Assembly (NCBI RefSeq): GCF_023746615.1
Contig: NZ_CP082275.1
Location: 46,497 to 70,496, forward strand
Length of the DNA stretch: 24,000 bases
Direction of reading: 5' to 3'
Source of the DNA: Grimontia kaedaensis
GTDB lineage: Bacteria > Pseudomonadota > Gammaproteobacteria > Enterobacterales > Vibrionaceae
The translations under genes and the position numbers were made by a program. The notes below the pieces were generated by a model, which saw only the letters and a program-made list of their open reading frames with translations, was not told the DNA's origin and ran no database searches. Below are positions 1-9,568 of this stretch, piece by piece. Positions within the stretch are counted from its first letter, which is position 1; each line of letters starts with the position of its first letter.

Positions 1-1
1 G

Positions 2-811
2 ATTTTTGCACCCCTGCTTTCGCCAAATGATCCTTACGATTTAGCGTCCATCGATATCATGGACTCCGAGCTTCCTCCGACCTGGATGGAGTGGGGTGAC
101 GAGCGCTTCTTGCTGGGTACCGATAATCAGGGACGCGATATTCTCTCAACCATTCTTTATGGCCTGCGCATCTCACTGATGATTGGTCTGGGCGCGGTGG
201 CACTTCAGCTGTTACTGGGTATCGTAATTGGTTTGAGTGCTGGCTATTTTGGTGGTCGCATCGACAGCTTCCTGATGCGTATCGCTGACGTACAGTTATC
301 TTTCTCCACCATGATGGTAGCGATCATCGTGTCGGCAATTTTCAAAGCCAGCTTTGGTAGCGACTTTTACAGTGAGTATGCCATTTTGATGCTGGTGGTG
401 ATTATCGGTATTGCCGAGTGGCCACAGTATGCCCGTACAGTGCGCGCCTCCGTGTTGGCTGAAAAGAAAAAAGAGTATGTGGAAGCAGCGCAGGTGATGG
501 GCTTCAAAGCGCCCCGCATCATGTTCAGGCATATTCTGCCCAACTGCCTGTCGCCAATCCTGGTGATTTGTACCGTACAGGTAGCCAACGCGATCATGTC
601 AGAAGCGGCGCTTTCCTTCCTTGGTTTGGGGATGCCAGTAGACAAGCCATCGCTTGGTTCACTGATCAGCATTGGCTTCACTTATATCTTCTCTGGTGCA
701 TGGTGGATCACTGCCTTCCCGGGCATTGTGCTCGTCACCTTGGTGTTGGTGATTAACCTTCTGGGTGACTGGCTGCGCGATGTCTTCAACCCAAAAATCT
801 ACAAAGGTTAA
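2..811 (+). CDS. Peptide/nickel-type ABC transporter permease (DppC/OppC family), 5' end outside window
   Basis: The frame of ORF 59..811 stays open back to nt 2 (IFAPLLSPNDPYDLASIDI...), which is a typical N-proximal motif of DppC/OppC-type permeases. The protein has several hydrophobic TM segments and an EAA-like loop (EAAQVMGFKAPRIMFRHILPN). A stop at 809-811 is followed by a hairpin terminator. Confidence 0.85.
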   Translation: MFAPLLSPNDPYDLASIDIMDSELPPTWMEWGDERFLLGTDNQGRDILSTILYGLRISLMIGLGAVALQLLLGIVIGLSAGYFGGRIDSFLMRIADVQLSFSTMMVAIIVSAIFKASFGSDFYSEYAILMLVVIIGIAEWPQYARTVRASVLAEKKKEYVEAAQVMGFKAPRIMFRHILPNCLSPILVICTVQVANAIMSEAALSFLGLGMPVDKPSLGSLISIGFTYIFSGAWWITAFPGIVLVTLVLVINLLGDWLRDVFNPKIYKG

Positions 812-820
812 CAGAACCAG

Positions 821-850
821 AAAAGGCAGCATCACGCTGCCTTTTCTGTA
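821..850 (+). terminator. Rho-independent terminator after the ABC permease gene
   Basis: Stem AAAAGGCAGC (821-830), loop ATCAC, stem GCTGCCTTTT (836-845), then T-rich CTGTAATTTG. Confidence 0.75.
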
Positions 851-926
851 ATTTGCTCGTTATTTCCTCGATTTCGCGCTAGGCTAACTGTCTGAACTAC
901 ATAACTTCCTGACGGGAATTGGTGTG

Positions 927-1721
927 ATGTTTTCAAGATTTTTCAGCATTCTGGCTATCTCACTATTCGTTGCTTTTTCCTCGGCCTCTTTGCAGGCTGC
1001 GGAAGTCTGTCAGCCCTTAGAAAAAGATGGATGGCAGGTCGTAGACCAAAGCTGTCAGGTCGGTTCGGGTCTTTGGTCAAAACGCCCCATTAGAAATGAT
1101 GGAAGATTTTGGGTGCAATGTGGCGTAGTCAGTCAATTACCTAAACCTTGGTTTGCAAAAGAAATAGAAGCCGTACTGATGCGGGACAAATTGGTGTTTC
1201 GCGAAGAGGGCGATAAATATCGTTGTCTCGTTGGCCCTTTTGAGCGTTACTCGGAAGCGGAAATAGTGAAGGACGTGATGACGCAACGCAAAGTCTTTGC
1301 TTCTGCTTTTATCCGCGATGTTTCCCTCCCTGAAAACACTCCGAAGGTCAGTAAGCCCAAAGTTAAAGTCCCAGAAACGTCAAAACGAATGCCAGTAAAA
1401 GCAACCCGCCAGTATATTGATGTCGGCGCTCTGAAAAGCCCGATGCCGGAAATTGGTGAACCGCGTTACAGTGATAAGCAAAACGTTTGGTGGCGTGCCA
1501 CGCTCAAAGAAGCGAATCAGGCCTGTCGCCAAGATGGAATGACACTGGTGTCAGAGTCTACGTTGAAAACTCTGTCATCCATGCCAGATTGGAAAAACAC
1601 TTATCCCAACCGACTGCCTTATTGGGTGTCTGAAATGCGAGCCTTTGATGTAACAATGGGAATTTCCATGCCTCTCTCCCTTGAGTCTGCTCTGCTGGTA
1701 TTGTGCGAGTCCTCGTCGTAA
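927..1721 (+). CDS. Secreted SPOR-domain protein with a C-terminal C-type-lectin-like region (hypothetical)
   Basis: N-terminal signal peptide MFSRFFSILAISLFVAFSSASLQA|AE. The central segment FWVQCGVV...YRCLVGPFERYSEAEIVKDVM...ASAFIRD has the SPOR pattern (yrVq.G.f...yrV.vGpf...eA). A Lys/Pro-rich linker follows. The C-terminal WWRATLKEANQACRQDGMTLVSES...YWVSE...LVLCE resembles a CTLD. ATG 927 is preferred over the in-frame GTG at 924. Confidence 0.7.
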   Translation: MFSRFFSILAISLFVAFSSASLQAAEVCQPLEKDGWQVVDQSCQVGSGLWSKRPIRNDGRFWVQCGVVSQLPKPWFAKEIEAVLMRDKLVFREEGDKYRCLVGPFERYSEAEIVKDVMTQRKVFASAFIRDVSLPENTPKVSKPKVKVPETSKRMPVKATRQYIDVGALKSPMPEIGEPRYSDKQNVWWRATLKEANQACRQDGMTLVSESTLKTLSSMPDWKNTYPNRLPYWVSEMRAFDVTMGISMPLSLESALLVLCESSS

Positions 1722-2077
1722 CAGCCCGTAGAGTTGTAAATCCTGCTGTAGAAACAGACGCAAATTTACTGCTCAAAGCATTCGCCTCTTAAAATGAGCG
1801 CGAAAGCACGCGTTTTCCGTTGTAAGGCAGTAAAAGGCAATCATTCATGCGTTTCCGCAGATTCTCCGGTCTGAATATCCTCCTGTTGAGCAGTTTCTTT
1901 GGTGTCTGCTGATCTGCTGTTAGCCTTGGGAAGGCTATCGAAAGACAAGGAAGTTCAGACGAACTGCCAGCACTGTATCCCTATTGGCTTAGTAACGGGC
2001 ATGTATACGACATCAAGCTGGATATGTCGTTTGTGGCGATATCAGACTCGCTGACATTGAATGTATTGTGTGGGTGA

Positions 2078-2103
2078 CAAAAAAGCCCCGCAAAGGCGAG
2101 GCT
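2078..2103 (-). terminator. Rho-independent terminator of gor
   Basis: On the minus strand: AGCCTCGC-CTTT-GCGGGGCT (8 bp including one G-U pair) followed by TTTTTTG. It lies 20 nt downstream of the gor stop codon. The pairing is poorer on the plus strand (C-A mismatch). Confidence 0.65.
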
Positions 2104-2122
2104 TCTTCTAAGACCATAGCGA

Positions 2123-3478
2123 TCAACGCATGGTAACAAACTCCTCTGAGCCTGTTGGGTGGATTGCGACAACGCTGTCGAAATCCGCTTTGGTTGCGCC
2201 CATCTTCATCGCAACGCCAAAGCCCTGAATCATCTCATCCACGGTGTAGCCGATGCCGTGAAGACCCACCACTTTCTCGTCATCACCCGCACATACCAGC
2301 TTCATTTTGCATGGTTGACGATGCTGGGTAACAGCGGTGTACATCGCGGTGAAGCTGGAGGTGTAAACCTTCACATTCTCTTCGCCATACTGCGCTTTGG
2401 CTTCGCCTTCGGTCAGGCCGATAGTACCGATCGGTGGGTGGCTGAAAACCACGGTTGGGATCAGCTCGTAGTCCATCTTGGCGTCTGCTTTGCCATTGAA
2501 CAGGCGCTCTGACAGTTGGCGACCTGCTTTAACCGCGACTGGCGTCAGCTCAACACCGCCTTCCATGATGTCACCTACACAGTAAATACCAGGTACATTG
2601 GTGTTCTGGAATTCATCCACTTTGATATAACCGCGGTCGTTGGTTTCTACTCCTGCTGCGGCCAGATTGATTTTCTCTGTGACTGGATGACGGCCGATTG
2701 CCCAAATCAGCAGATCGGTGTTGTGGGTTTCACCGCTTTCAAAATGTAAGGTTAGTGAGCCGTCAGACTCTTTCACCACTTCTTTCGGAATCGAGTGAGT
2801 GTGAAGCGCGGGGCCTTCTTTTTCCATGACTTCAACAATGGTATCGATGATCATTGGGTCGAAGCTGCGAAGTGGAGACTCTTTACGTACAAACAGGTGC
2901 GTTTCAGTGCCCAGTGCATTAAATACACCAGCGATTTCTACCGCAATGTAACCTGCGCCGACTATTGCTACACGTTTTGGCTGCTCGTTAAGCTCAAAGA
3001 AGCCGTTGGAGTCGATACCGTGTTCTGCCCCTGGAATGTTTGGAATGGTTGGTGCGCCGCCTACTGCAACTAGAATGTTGTCAGCGGTATAGTGCTCGCC
3101 GTTTACTTCCACCGTTTTTGCATCAACAAACTTGCCGAAGCCTTCAATCACTTCGATTTTGTTCTTGCCCAGCACGTTTTCATAAGAGGTATGGATGCGG
3201 CCAATGTAGGCTTCACGGTTTTCTACCAGCTTGTCCCAGCTGAACTTGTTCAGTGTGGTGTCAAAGCCATAGTCAGGGCCGTACATTTTGATGGCTTCTG
3301 CGATTTGCGCGCCGTGCCACATCACCTTTTTCGGTACACAACCTACATTTACACAGGTGCCGCCGAGATGTTGCGCTTCGATCAACGCGACTTTTGCACC
3401 GTACATCGCGGCACGGTTTGCGGAGGCGATACCGCCACTGCCGCCGCCGATACAAATATAATCAAAATGCTTGGCCAT
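2123..3478 (-). CDS. gor: Glutathione-disulfide reductase
   Basis: Collinear with E. coli Gor as I recall it, from [19 protein letters not shown] to [12 protein letters not shown]. It has the redox-active disulfide motif [13 protein letters not shown]. Start taken at ATG 3478 (GGAGAA Shine-Dalgarno sequence (SD) 6 nt upstream) rather than the ORF-track start at 3532. Confidence 0.97.
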   Translation of the reverse strand: MAKHFDYICIGGGSGGIASANRAAMYGAKVALIEAQHLGGTCVNVGCVPKKVMWHGAQIAEAIKMYGPDYGFDTTLNKFSWDKLVENREAYIGRIHTSYENVLGKNKIEVIEGFGKFVDAKTVEVNGEHYTADNILVAVGGAPTIPNIPGAEHGIDSNGFFELNEQPKRVAIVGAGYIAVEIAGVFNALGTETHLFVRKESPLRSFDPMIIDTIVEVMEKEGPALHTHSIPKEVVKESDGSLTLHFESGETHNTDLLIWAIGRHPVTEKINLAAAGVETNDRGYIKVDEFQNTNVPGIYCVGDIMEGGVELTPVAVKAGRQLSERLFNGKADAKMDYELIPTVVFSHPPIGTIGLTEGEAKAQYGEENVKVYTSSFTAMYTAVTQHRQPCKMKLVCAGDDEKVVGLHGIGYTVDEMIQGFGVAMKMGATKADFDSVVAIHPTGSEEFVTMR

Positions 3479-3567
3479 GAGTTTCTCCGTTTGGTTATTC
3501 TTAAATCCCGTTGAGCGGGGAAGCATTAGCATCCCCTGATAATATCAGACCTTTCAAGATCCGTATG

Positions 3568-4407
3568 TTATTCAGGCACTACCCATTGTACAAATTGGTG
3601 GCCTGTCTCGGGTGCAATTTTACTTTGCAGCCAAGGTAGAATTTCTTTCATCTGTGCTTCCAGCGTCCATGGTGGATTAATCACAATCATGCCGGATGCT
3701 GTCATGCCGCGCTCTTCACTGTCTTCCGCCACACCCAGTTCGATTTGCAGGATTTTGCGGATACCAAGCTTTTCCAGACCTTTGGTAATGAGATCGATAT
3801 TTTTGCGGTAAACCACCGGATACCAAATCGCATAGGTGCCGGTTGCCCAGCGCTTCACGCTCTCATCAATCGCATCTACCACGTCCTGATATTCGTGTTT
3901 GAGCTCATAAGGTGGGTCAATCAGTACCACCCCGCGCCGCTCTTTTGGTGGAAGGCTTGCTTTAAGACGTGCGTAGCCATCTTCTTTGTACATTTTTACC
4001 TGGCGGTCACCGCGGAACTCCTGAAGCAGGAGAGGAAAATCGCTAGGGTGAAGCTCTGTGAAAATAGCGCGATCTTGCTCGCGTAGCAGGCTGTGGCCAA
4101 CTTTCGGTGAGCCAGGGTAGTAACGCAGTTTGTTGCCTTGGTTCAGTGCACGAATAGTATCAAGGTAAGGTTTGATCGCTTCAGGGGCATCGTCGCAGTC
4201 CCAAATCAAGCCAATGCCTTCTTTGTATTCACCGGTTTTCTCAGCGCGCTCGTCAGATAAATCGTAGCGACCCGCACCGCTATGGGTGTCATGGTAGACA
4301 AAGGCTTTGTCTTTTTGCTTGAGCGATTCAATGATGAGGCTTTGAACTATGTGTTTGAGCACATCAGCATGGTTGCCAGCATGGAAGCTGTGGCGGTAAC
4401 TGAGCAT
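3568..4407 (-). CDS. rlmJ: 23S rRNA (adenine2030-N6)-methyltransferase RlmJ
   Basis: MLSYRHSFHAGNHADVLKH matches the N-terminus typical of RlmJ/YhiR. A DPPY catalytic motif is present (VLIDPPYE). The gene sits next to gor and prlC as in E. coli. The start at 4407 is chosen by homology; an in-frame ATG at 4443 is an alternative. Confidence 0.9.
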   Translation of the reverse strand: MLSYRHSFHAGNHADVLKHIVQSLIIESLKQKDKAFVYHDTHSGAGRYDLSDERAEKTGEYKEGIGLIWDCDDAPEAIKPYLDTIRALNQGNKLRYYPGSPKVGHSLLREQDRAIFTELHPSDFPLLLQEFRGDRQVKMYKEDGYARLKASLPPKERRGVVLIDPPYELKHEYQDVVDAIDESVKRWATGTYAIWYPVVYRKNIDLITKGLEKLGIRKILQIELGVAEDSEERGMTASGMIVINPPWTLEAQMKEILPWLQSKIAPETGHQFVQWVVPE

Positions 4408-4497
4408 GTCGATATCCGGTGAAAATAGAAAAGTGTCGAGCATTATCGCTTATTGGAGGGATGGATCCAGCCTCAGCATTGAAAAGCCGCGTAATTG

Positions 4498-4531
4498 CCT
4501 TCATAAATACTAAGACTGAATATTATGAAGG
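4498..4531 (+). promoter_or_regulatory. 9-bp inverted repeat overlapping the prlC ribosome-binding site
   Basis: CCTTCATAA (4498-4506) and TTATGAAGG (4523-4531) are perfect reverse complements separated by a 16-nt loop. The 3' arm contains the AAGG of the prlC SD (GAAGGAA, 7 nt before ATG 4540). The repeat is seen directly; its function is not established. Confidence 0.3.
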
Positions 4532-4539
4532 AACTCATT

Positions 4540-6582
4540 ATGCCCAACCCGCTGCTGTCGTTTAACGATTTGCCTCCTTTTTCTCAAATCAAACCTGAGC
4601 ACGTGCAACCTGCCGTCGAGCAGGCGATTGCTGATTGCCGCGCTGCGATTGAAGCGGTTTTGGAAAACAACACAGATCCAAGTTGGGATACTATTTGTGA
4701 ACCACTGGCAGAGAGCGATGACAGGCTAAGCCGTATTTGGTCACCGATAGGACATATGAATGCGGTGGTGAACAGCAAGGCGCTGCGTGAAGCCTATGAG
4801 GCTTGTTTGCCAATGTTGTCTGACTACTCGACATGGGTAGGTCAGCACAAGCCGCTTTATGATGCGTACAAAGCCATCAAGGCGCGTGATGATTTTGAAT
4901 CGCTGACGCCGGCACAGCAGAAGACCATTACCGATTCTCTGCGTGATTTCGAGCTTTCAGGTATCGCGCTTCCACCGGCAGAACAGCACCGCTTCGGTGA
5001 AATCAGCAAGCGATTGTCTGAGCTGTCGTCGACCTTCTCGAACAATGTGCTCGACGCCACCATGGGATGGTCCAAGCATGTGACCGACGAAAACGCGTTG
5101 GCAGGCATGCCTGAATCCGCGCTTGCTGCAGCTAAAGCGCAAGCTGAAAGCAAAGAGCTTGATGGTTATTTGCTGACACTGGATATTCCTTCTTACCTGC
5201 CAGTCATGACGTATTGTGATAACCGTGAGCTTCGCGCTGAAATGTACGAAGCGTACACCACCCGAGCATCTGACCGTGGTCCAAATGCAGGCAAATGGGA
5301 CAACACCGACCTCATCAATGAAACCCTGCTGCTGAAAAGTGAGATTTCCCGTCTGCTGGGCTTTGCCACTTACAGTGAACTGTCGCTGGCAACCAAAATG
5401 GCGGCGTCTACCGATCAGGTACTGACCTTCCTGAACGAGCTGGTGGAAAAAGCGCGCCCGCAGGGCTTAAAAGAATTCGATACTCTCAAGCAATTCGCCA
5501 AAGACAACTTCGGCGTGGAAACGCTTGAGCCGTGGGATGTGGGTTACTACGCCGAGAAGCTCAAACAGCATCAATACAGCATTTCAGATGAAGAACTGCG
5601 CCCATACTTCCCGGAAGACAAAGTGGTTGCCGGTCTTTTCGAAGTGCTGAAACGTGTGTTCGGTATGGACGTTAAACGCCGTGACGGCGTGGACGTGTGG
5701 CATGAGTCCGTCTCTTTCTACGATATCTTCGATGCGAAAGGCGAACTTCGTGGCAGCTTCTACCTTGACCTTTACGCCCGTGAACACAAACGTGGTGGCG
5801 CTTGGATGGACGAATGCCGCGTGCGTCGTGTGACTGAATCTGGCGATCTGCAAAGTCCGGTGGCTTACCTGACCTGTAACTTCAACAAGCCAATCGGCGG
5901 TAAACCCGCGCTGTTTACTCATGATGAAGTCGTAACCTTGTTCCACGAGTTCGGCCATGGTATCCACCACATGCTGACCAAGGTCGATGTGTCGTCGGTA
6001 TCTGGTATCAACGGTGTGCCTTGGGATGCGGTTGAGTTGCCAAGCCAGTTCCTCGAAAACTGGTGCTGGGAAGAAGACGCGCTGGCGTTTATCTCCGGCC
6101 ACTATGAGACCGGCGAGCCACTGCCAAAAGAGATGCTGGACAAAATGCTGGCGGCGAAGAACTACAACTCTGCCATGGGCATGTTGCGCCAACTAGAGTT
6201 TGGCTTATTCGACTTCACCCTGTTTACCCGTTTCGACGCGGAAGAAGGTGCGAAAGTGCTGGAAACGCTGGCAGAAGTGAAGAATCACGTCGCGGTTGTG
6301 CCGTCTCCAGACTGGAATCGATTCCCACACTCGTTCAGCCACATCTTTGCGGGTGGTTACAGTGCGGGTTACTACAGCTATCTTTGGGCGGAAGTGCTGT
6401 CTTCAGATGCATTCAGCCGCTTTGAAGAAGAGGGTATATTCAACACGGAAACGGGCCAGTCGTTCCTTGAGAACATTCTTGAGCGCGGCGGCAGTGAAGA
6501 GCCAATGGAGTTGTTTAAACGCTTCCGTGGCCGCGAGCCATCACCGGACGCACTGCTGCGCCACAGCGGGATTGGCGTTTAA
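4540..6582 (+). CDS. prlC: Oligopeptidase A (M3 family zinc metallopeptidase)
   Basis: MPNPLLSFNDLPPFSQIKPEHV resembles the E. coli PrlC N-terminus. The HEFGH zinc motif is present (LFHEFGHGIHHM). Length is about 680 aa. ATG 4540 has an AAGGAA SD; the ORF-track start at 4525 adds 5 residues. Confidence 0.95.
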   Translation: MPNPLLSFNDLPPFSQIKPEHVQPAVEQAIADCRAAIEAVLENNTDPSWDTICEPLAESDDRLSRIWSPIGHMNAVVNSKALREAYEACLPMLSDYSTWVGQHKPLYDAYKAIKARDDFESLTPAQQKTITDSLRDFELSGIALPPAEQHRFGEISKRLSELSSTFSNNVLDATMGWSKHVTDENALAGMPESALAAAKAQAESKELDGYLLTLDIPSYLPVMTYCDNRELRAEMYEAYTTRASDRGPNAGKWDNTDLINETLLLKSEISRLLGFATYSELSLATKMAASTDQVLTFLNELVEKARPQGLKEFDTLKQFAKDNFGVETLEPWDVGYYAEKLKQHQYSISDEELRPYFPEDKVVAGLFEVLKRVFGMDVKRRDGVDVWHESVSFYDIFDAKGELRGSFYLDLYAREHKRGGAWMDECRVRRVTESGDLQSPVAYLTCNFNKPIGGKPALFTHDEVVTLFHEFGHGIHHMLTKVDVSSVSGINGVPWDAVELPSQFLENWCWEEDALAFISGHYETGEPLPKEMLDKMLAAKNYNSAMGMLRQLEFGLFDFTLFTRFDAEEGAKVLETLAEVKNHVAVVPSPDWNRFPHSFSHIFAGGYSAGYYSYLWAEVLSSDAFSRFEEEGIFNTETGQSFLENILERGGSEEPMELFKRFRGREPSPDALLRHSGIGV

Positions 6583-6600
6583 CTCGCTAACACTAAACCC

Positions 6601-6636
6601 AAAAAGAAAAAGCACGGTTTCGACCGTGCTTTTTTG
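6601..6636. terminator. Bidirectional rho-independent terminator between convergent prlC and gppA
   Basis: A-run (6601-6610), stem AGCACGGT (6611-6618), loop TTCG, stem ACCGTGCT (6623-6630), then TTTTTT. Confidence 0.8.
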
Positions 6637-6650
6637 TGCCTTCTATTGAC

Positions 6651-8132
6651 TTACGCGATGTTCAGCGGCCAGTGGTTATCGCTCTGGCGCTCTGCTTCAA
6701 GCGTCAACTCAGTCGCCATCAGCACATTTGCGTTCAGCCAGTTATCAGGCATCGTCAGTTCGAGCGAGTCGCCGTTTGCTTTCAGCGTAACCGCAGGAAT
6801 CGCTTTACTGTCTCGGCGGTGACAGAGCAGTACCGCTATGCGTAAAAGACGCAGCAGGCGGTTAGCGCTGTTGGGTGAAATCGCACTTTGCGGCGCAATC
6901 GGAATCAGTTGCTCGCGGTAGTGGCGCAGCATTTCAGCCAGCAGTTTTTTCTGCGCGCGGGTAAAACCGGGTAGGTCGAGGCTATCGAGCAGGTAAGCGG
7001 CATGCTCCCCGTCCTTTTTAAAGCCTATGCTCATGCCGATTTCATGTAGCTTCGCAGCCGCATCAAGCATCACGGGAGCGACAGGCTCTGCAATCCAGTC
7101 TGCACCGCATTGTTGCAGCAGGCTTTGCGCTGTCTTCGCGACGTTGTCTGCGTGGATGTCGTCCAACTGGTAGCGGGACTGTATGCTGTGAATGGTACGC
7201 TTGCGGATGTCCTGCTCGGACATTGTATCCATCATGCCATACACCAAACCTTCACGCAGCGCGCCGCCGGCCAGCGTCATTGACTCGATACCTAAATCCT
7301 CAAATATCGCAATGAGGATAGAGAGGCCGCTTGGAAACACCAAAGCTCGCTCTAACGTCAGGCCGTCGATATCGAGTTCTTCTACCTGTCCAAAGCCAAT
7401 TGCCTGTTTGCGAAGGCGCTGGAGTTTCGCCAGGGTGATGGTTTCATCCATACCTTGCGCAACCATGATCTCCTGCAAGGCCTGTACGGTGCCGCTGGCA
7501 CCCACACAGACATCCCAACCGAGTTCGCAATAGCGTTTGACGATAGGGGAAAGCACCGCTTTTGCGCCTTCAATGGCGGAGTCGAAACTCTTTTCGGTGA
7601 GTGAGCGATCTTTAAAGTGCTTTTCCAGCCAGGTCACGCAGCCCATATCCAGACTGGTCAATGCCGCAGCATCAAAGCCTTCGCCGATAATCACTTCGGT
7701 ACTGGCGCCACCGATATCGACCACCAGACGTTTACCTTTACCGCCTGAGGTGTGTGCTACGCCCTGATAGATGGTGCAGGCTTCTTCTTCTCCGGTGATC
7801 ACATTGATGGAGTGGCCAAGAATTTGGTTGGCACGTTTGATAAACACATCAGCGTTTTTGGCGCTGCGAAGGGCGGCGGTAGCGACGATGCGGATGTTGT
7901 CTGAAGGAATGTCCTGAAGGCGCTCAGCGAACAATGAAAGGCAATCCCAGCCGCGCTGCATGGCTTCGTCACTGAGATTCAAATTGCTGTCGAGGCCGGA
8001 GGCCAGGCGTACTTTACGTTTGATTTTTGCCAACGTTTGTACGCTGCCCTGAACTTCACGAACAACCAGCATGTGAAAGCTGTTTGAACCGAGGTCAATG
8101 GCAGCATACAGGGGCGAACGCGCGTTTTCCAT
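6651..8132 (-). CDS. gppA: Guanosine-5'-triphosphate,3'-diphosphate pyrophosphatase (Ppx/GppA family)
   Basis: Collinear with E. coli GppA: [20 protein letters not shown]..., [32 protein letters not shown], and the C-terminal WPL. It lies 24 nt downstream of rhlB, the same arrangement as in E. coli. Confidence 0.93.
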   Translation of the reverse strand: MENARSPLYAAIDLGSNSFHMLVVREVQGSVQTLAKIKRKVRLASGLDSNLNLSDEAMQRGWDCLSLFAERLQDIPSDNIRIVATAALRSAKNADVFIKRANQILGHSINVITGEEEACTIYQGVAHTSGGKGKRLVVDIGGASTEVIIGEGFDAAALTSLDMGCVTWLEKHFKDRSLTEKSFDSAIEGAKAVLSPIVKRYCELGWDVCVGASGTVQALQEIMVAQGMDETITLAKLQRLRKQAIGFGQVEELDIDGLTLERALVFPSGLSILIAIFEDLGIESMTLAGGALREGLVYGMMDTMSEQDIRKRTIHSIQSRYQLDDIHADNVAKTAQSLLQQCGADWIAEPVAPVMLDAAAKLHEIGMSIGFKKDGEHAAYLLDSLDLPGFTRAQKKLLAEMLRHYREQLIPIAPQSAISPNSANRLLRLLRIAVLLCHRRDSKAIPAVTLKANGDSLELTMPDNWLNANVLMATELTLEAERQSDNHWPLNIA

Positions 8133-8156
8133 GCTCTGTGGTTACCCCTGATAGAT

Positions 8157-9455
8157 TTACGCTTTGTTTGTCGACGGGCGACGACGGCCGCGGCCACGTG
8201 ATTGTGAGCCGGATTTGCCGGAGGTGTTACGGCGACTGTTTACCTGACGTGGGCGATGAACCTTGATAGGTGCAGGCAGGTCAGTCAGCAGGGCTTCTTC
8301 ATTGTATTCAGATACCGGAATGGCGTGATCGATGTATTCTTCGATCGCCGGCAGGTTCACAGCATATTCTTCACACGCGAAGCTGATAGACGCACCGCTT
8401 GCACCAGCACGACCTGTACGGCCGATACGGTGAACGTAATCTTCACAGTCATCTGGCAGGTCGTAGTTGAATACGTGGGTCACCTGAGGGATGTGCAGAC
8501 CACGGGCAGCAACATCGGTTGCAACCAGAATGTCTACATTGCCTTTAGTGAACTCTTCCAGAATCTTAACGCGTTTCTTCTGAGGAACATCGCCAGTCAG
8601 TAGGCCTGCACGCAGGGCGTCGGCTGCCAGGTGACCCCAGATGTCTTCACAGCGATGCTTGGTGTTTGCAAACACGATCGCACGCTCCGGCCACTCTTCC
8701 TCAATCAAGGTTTGCAGAAGGCGCATCTTGTCGGTGTTCGACGGATAGAACAGTTCTTCCTTAATGCGGTGACCGGTCTTTTGCTCTGGCTCAACCACAA
8801 CATGTTCTGGGTTGGTCATGTGCTCAAACGCCAGTTCCTGTACGCGATAAGAAAGGGTCGCGGAGAACAGCATGTTCAGACGGTCTGCCGGAGCCGGCAT
8901 ACGGCGGAACAGGAAACGGATATCTTTAATAAAGCCGAGATCGAACATACGGTCGGCTTCATCAAGCACAACAGTTTGAATGCCACTCAGGTCAATCACA
9001 CGCTGTTTGTAGAAATCGATAATACGGCCACAGGTACCGATCAGGATATCAACGCCGCCTTCCAGTACTTCTTTTTGCTTCTCATAAGCTTCGCCACCGT
9101 AGGCAAGACCTGCAGTCAGAGAGGTTGAAGCCAGCAGCGGAGCAGCATCGTTATAGATCTGGATCGCAAGTTCGCGCGTTGGTGCCATGATGATAGCGCG
9201 CGGACAGTTTTTCTTGCGGTCGGCAGGTGCCTCCGTTGTCAGCAAATGGTGGAAAGTCGCAGTCAGGAATGCCATCGTCTTACCTGTGCCCGTCTGGGCC
9301 TGTCCTGCAATGTCTTGGCCGGTGAGCAGGACCGGCAATGCCAGAGCCTGGATAGGGGTACAATTATGAAACCCTTTTTCTTCCAAACCCTTGATAACAT
9401 CGGCGTGAAGACCGAAGTCGGCAAATTTCTGCTCTGTGAGATGCGTCATTTTCAT
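8157..9455 (-). CDS. rhlB: ATP-dependent RNA helicase RhlB (DEAD-box)
   Basis: [13 protein letters not shown]...[14 protein letters not shown] matches the RhlB N-terminus. Motifs [12 protein letters not shown] ([10 protein letters not shown]), SAT and [10 protein letters not shown] are present, with an Arg-rich C-terminal tail. Three in-frame ATGs (9461, 9455, 9449) are possible starts, so the exact start is uncertain. Confidence 0.94.
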   Translation of the reverse strand: MKMTHLTEQKFADFGLHADVIKGLEEKGFHNCTPIQALALPVLLTGQDIAGQAQTGTGKTMAFLTATFHHLLTTEAPADRKKNCPRAIIMAPTRELAIQIYNDAAPLLASTSLTAGLAYGGEAYEKQKEVLEGGVDILIGTCGRIIDFYKQRVIDLSGIQTVVLDEADRMFDLGFIKDIRFLFRRMPAPADRLNMLFSATLSYRVQELAFEHMTNPEHVVVEPEQKTGHRIKEELFYPSNTDKMRLLQTLIEEEWPERAIVFANTKHRCEDIWGHLAADALRAGLLTGDVPQKKRVKILEEFTKGNVDILVATDVAARGLHIPQVTHVFNYDLPDDCEDYVHRIGRTGRAGASGASISFACEEYAVNLPAIEEYIDHAIPVSEYNEEALLTDLPAPIKVHRPRQVNSRRNTSGKSGSQSRGRGRRRPSTNKA

Positions 9456-9478
9456 CCGCATAGAATATCAGCTTAGGC

Positions 9479-9507
9479 TTGCAATACGATAGTGAATACA
9501 TTCAAAT
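9479..9507 (+). promoter_or_regulatory. Candidate sigma70 promoter for trxA
   Basis: TTGCAA (9479-9484), 17-nt spacer, TCAAAT (9502-9507). It lies about 60 nt upstream of the trxA ATG. Pattern match only. Confidence 0.3.
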
Positions 9508-9568
9508 AGTGCGATGATTTACTGGTTGGTATATCACCAGTGACAAAAAATAATCATTGGAGTGAAAG

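Noticed and set aside
1794-1874. 26-aa ORF MSAKARVFRCKAVKGNHSCVSADSPV downstream of the SPOR gene, and a weak hairpin AGCGCG-aaagca-CGCGTT (1797-1814)
   Set aside because: The ORF has no SD and overlaps the better candidate at 1847. The hairpin has only 6 bp including a G-U pair and a poor T-tract, so I did not list it as a terminator.
5584-6192. 202-aa minus-strand ORF inside prlC
   Set aside because: It lies entirely antisense to a region where the plus-strand frame has strong, collinear oligopeptidase A similarity, including the HEFGH motif. Its composition (His/Arg/Val-rich, no motif) is typical of a shadow ORF.
8631-9128. 165-aa plus-strand ORF antisense to rhlB; also 3092-3514 antisense to gor, 13340-13732 antisense to ubiD and 3745-4086 antisense to rlmJ
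   Set aside because: All are nested in the opposite strand of genes with unambiguous homology. None has an SD or recognisable motifs. These are expected by-products of codon bias.
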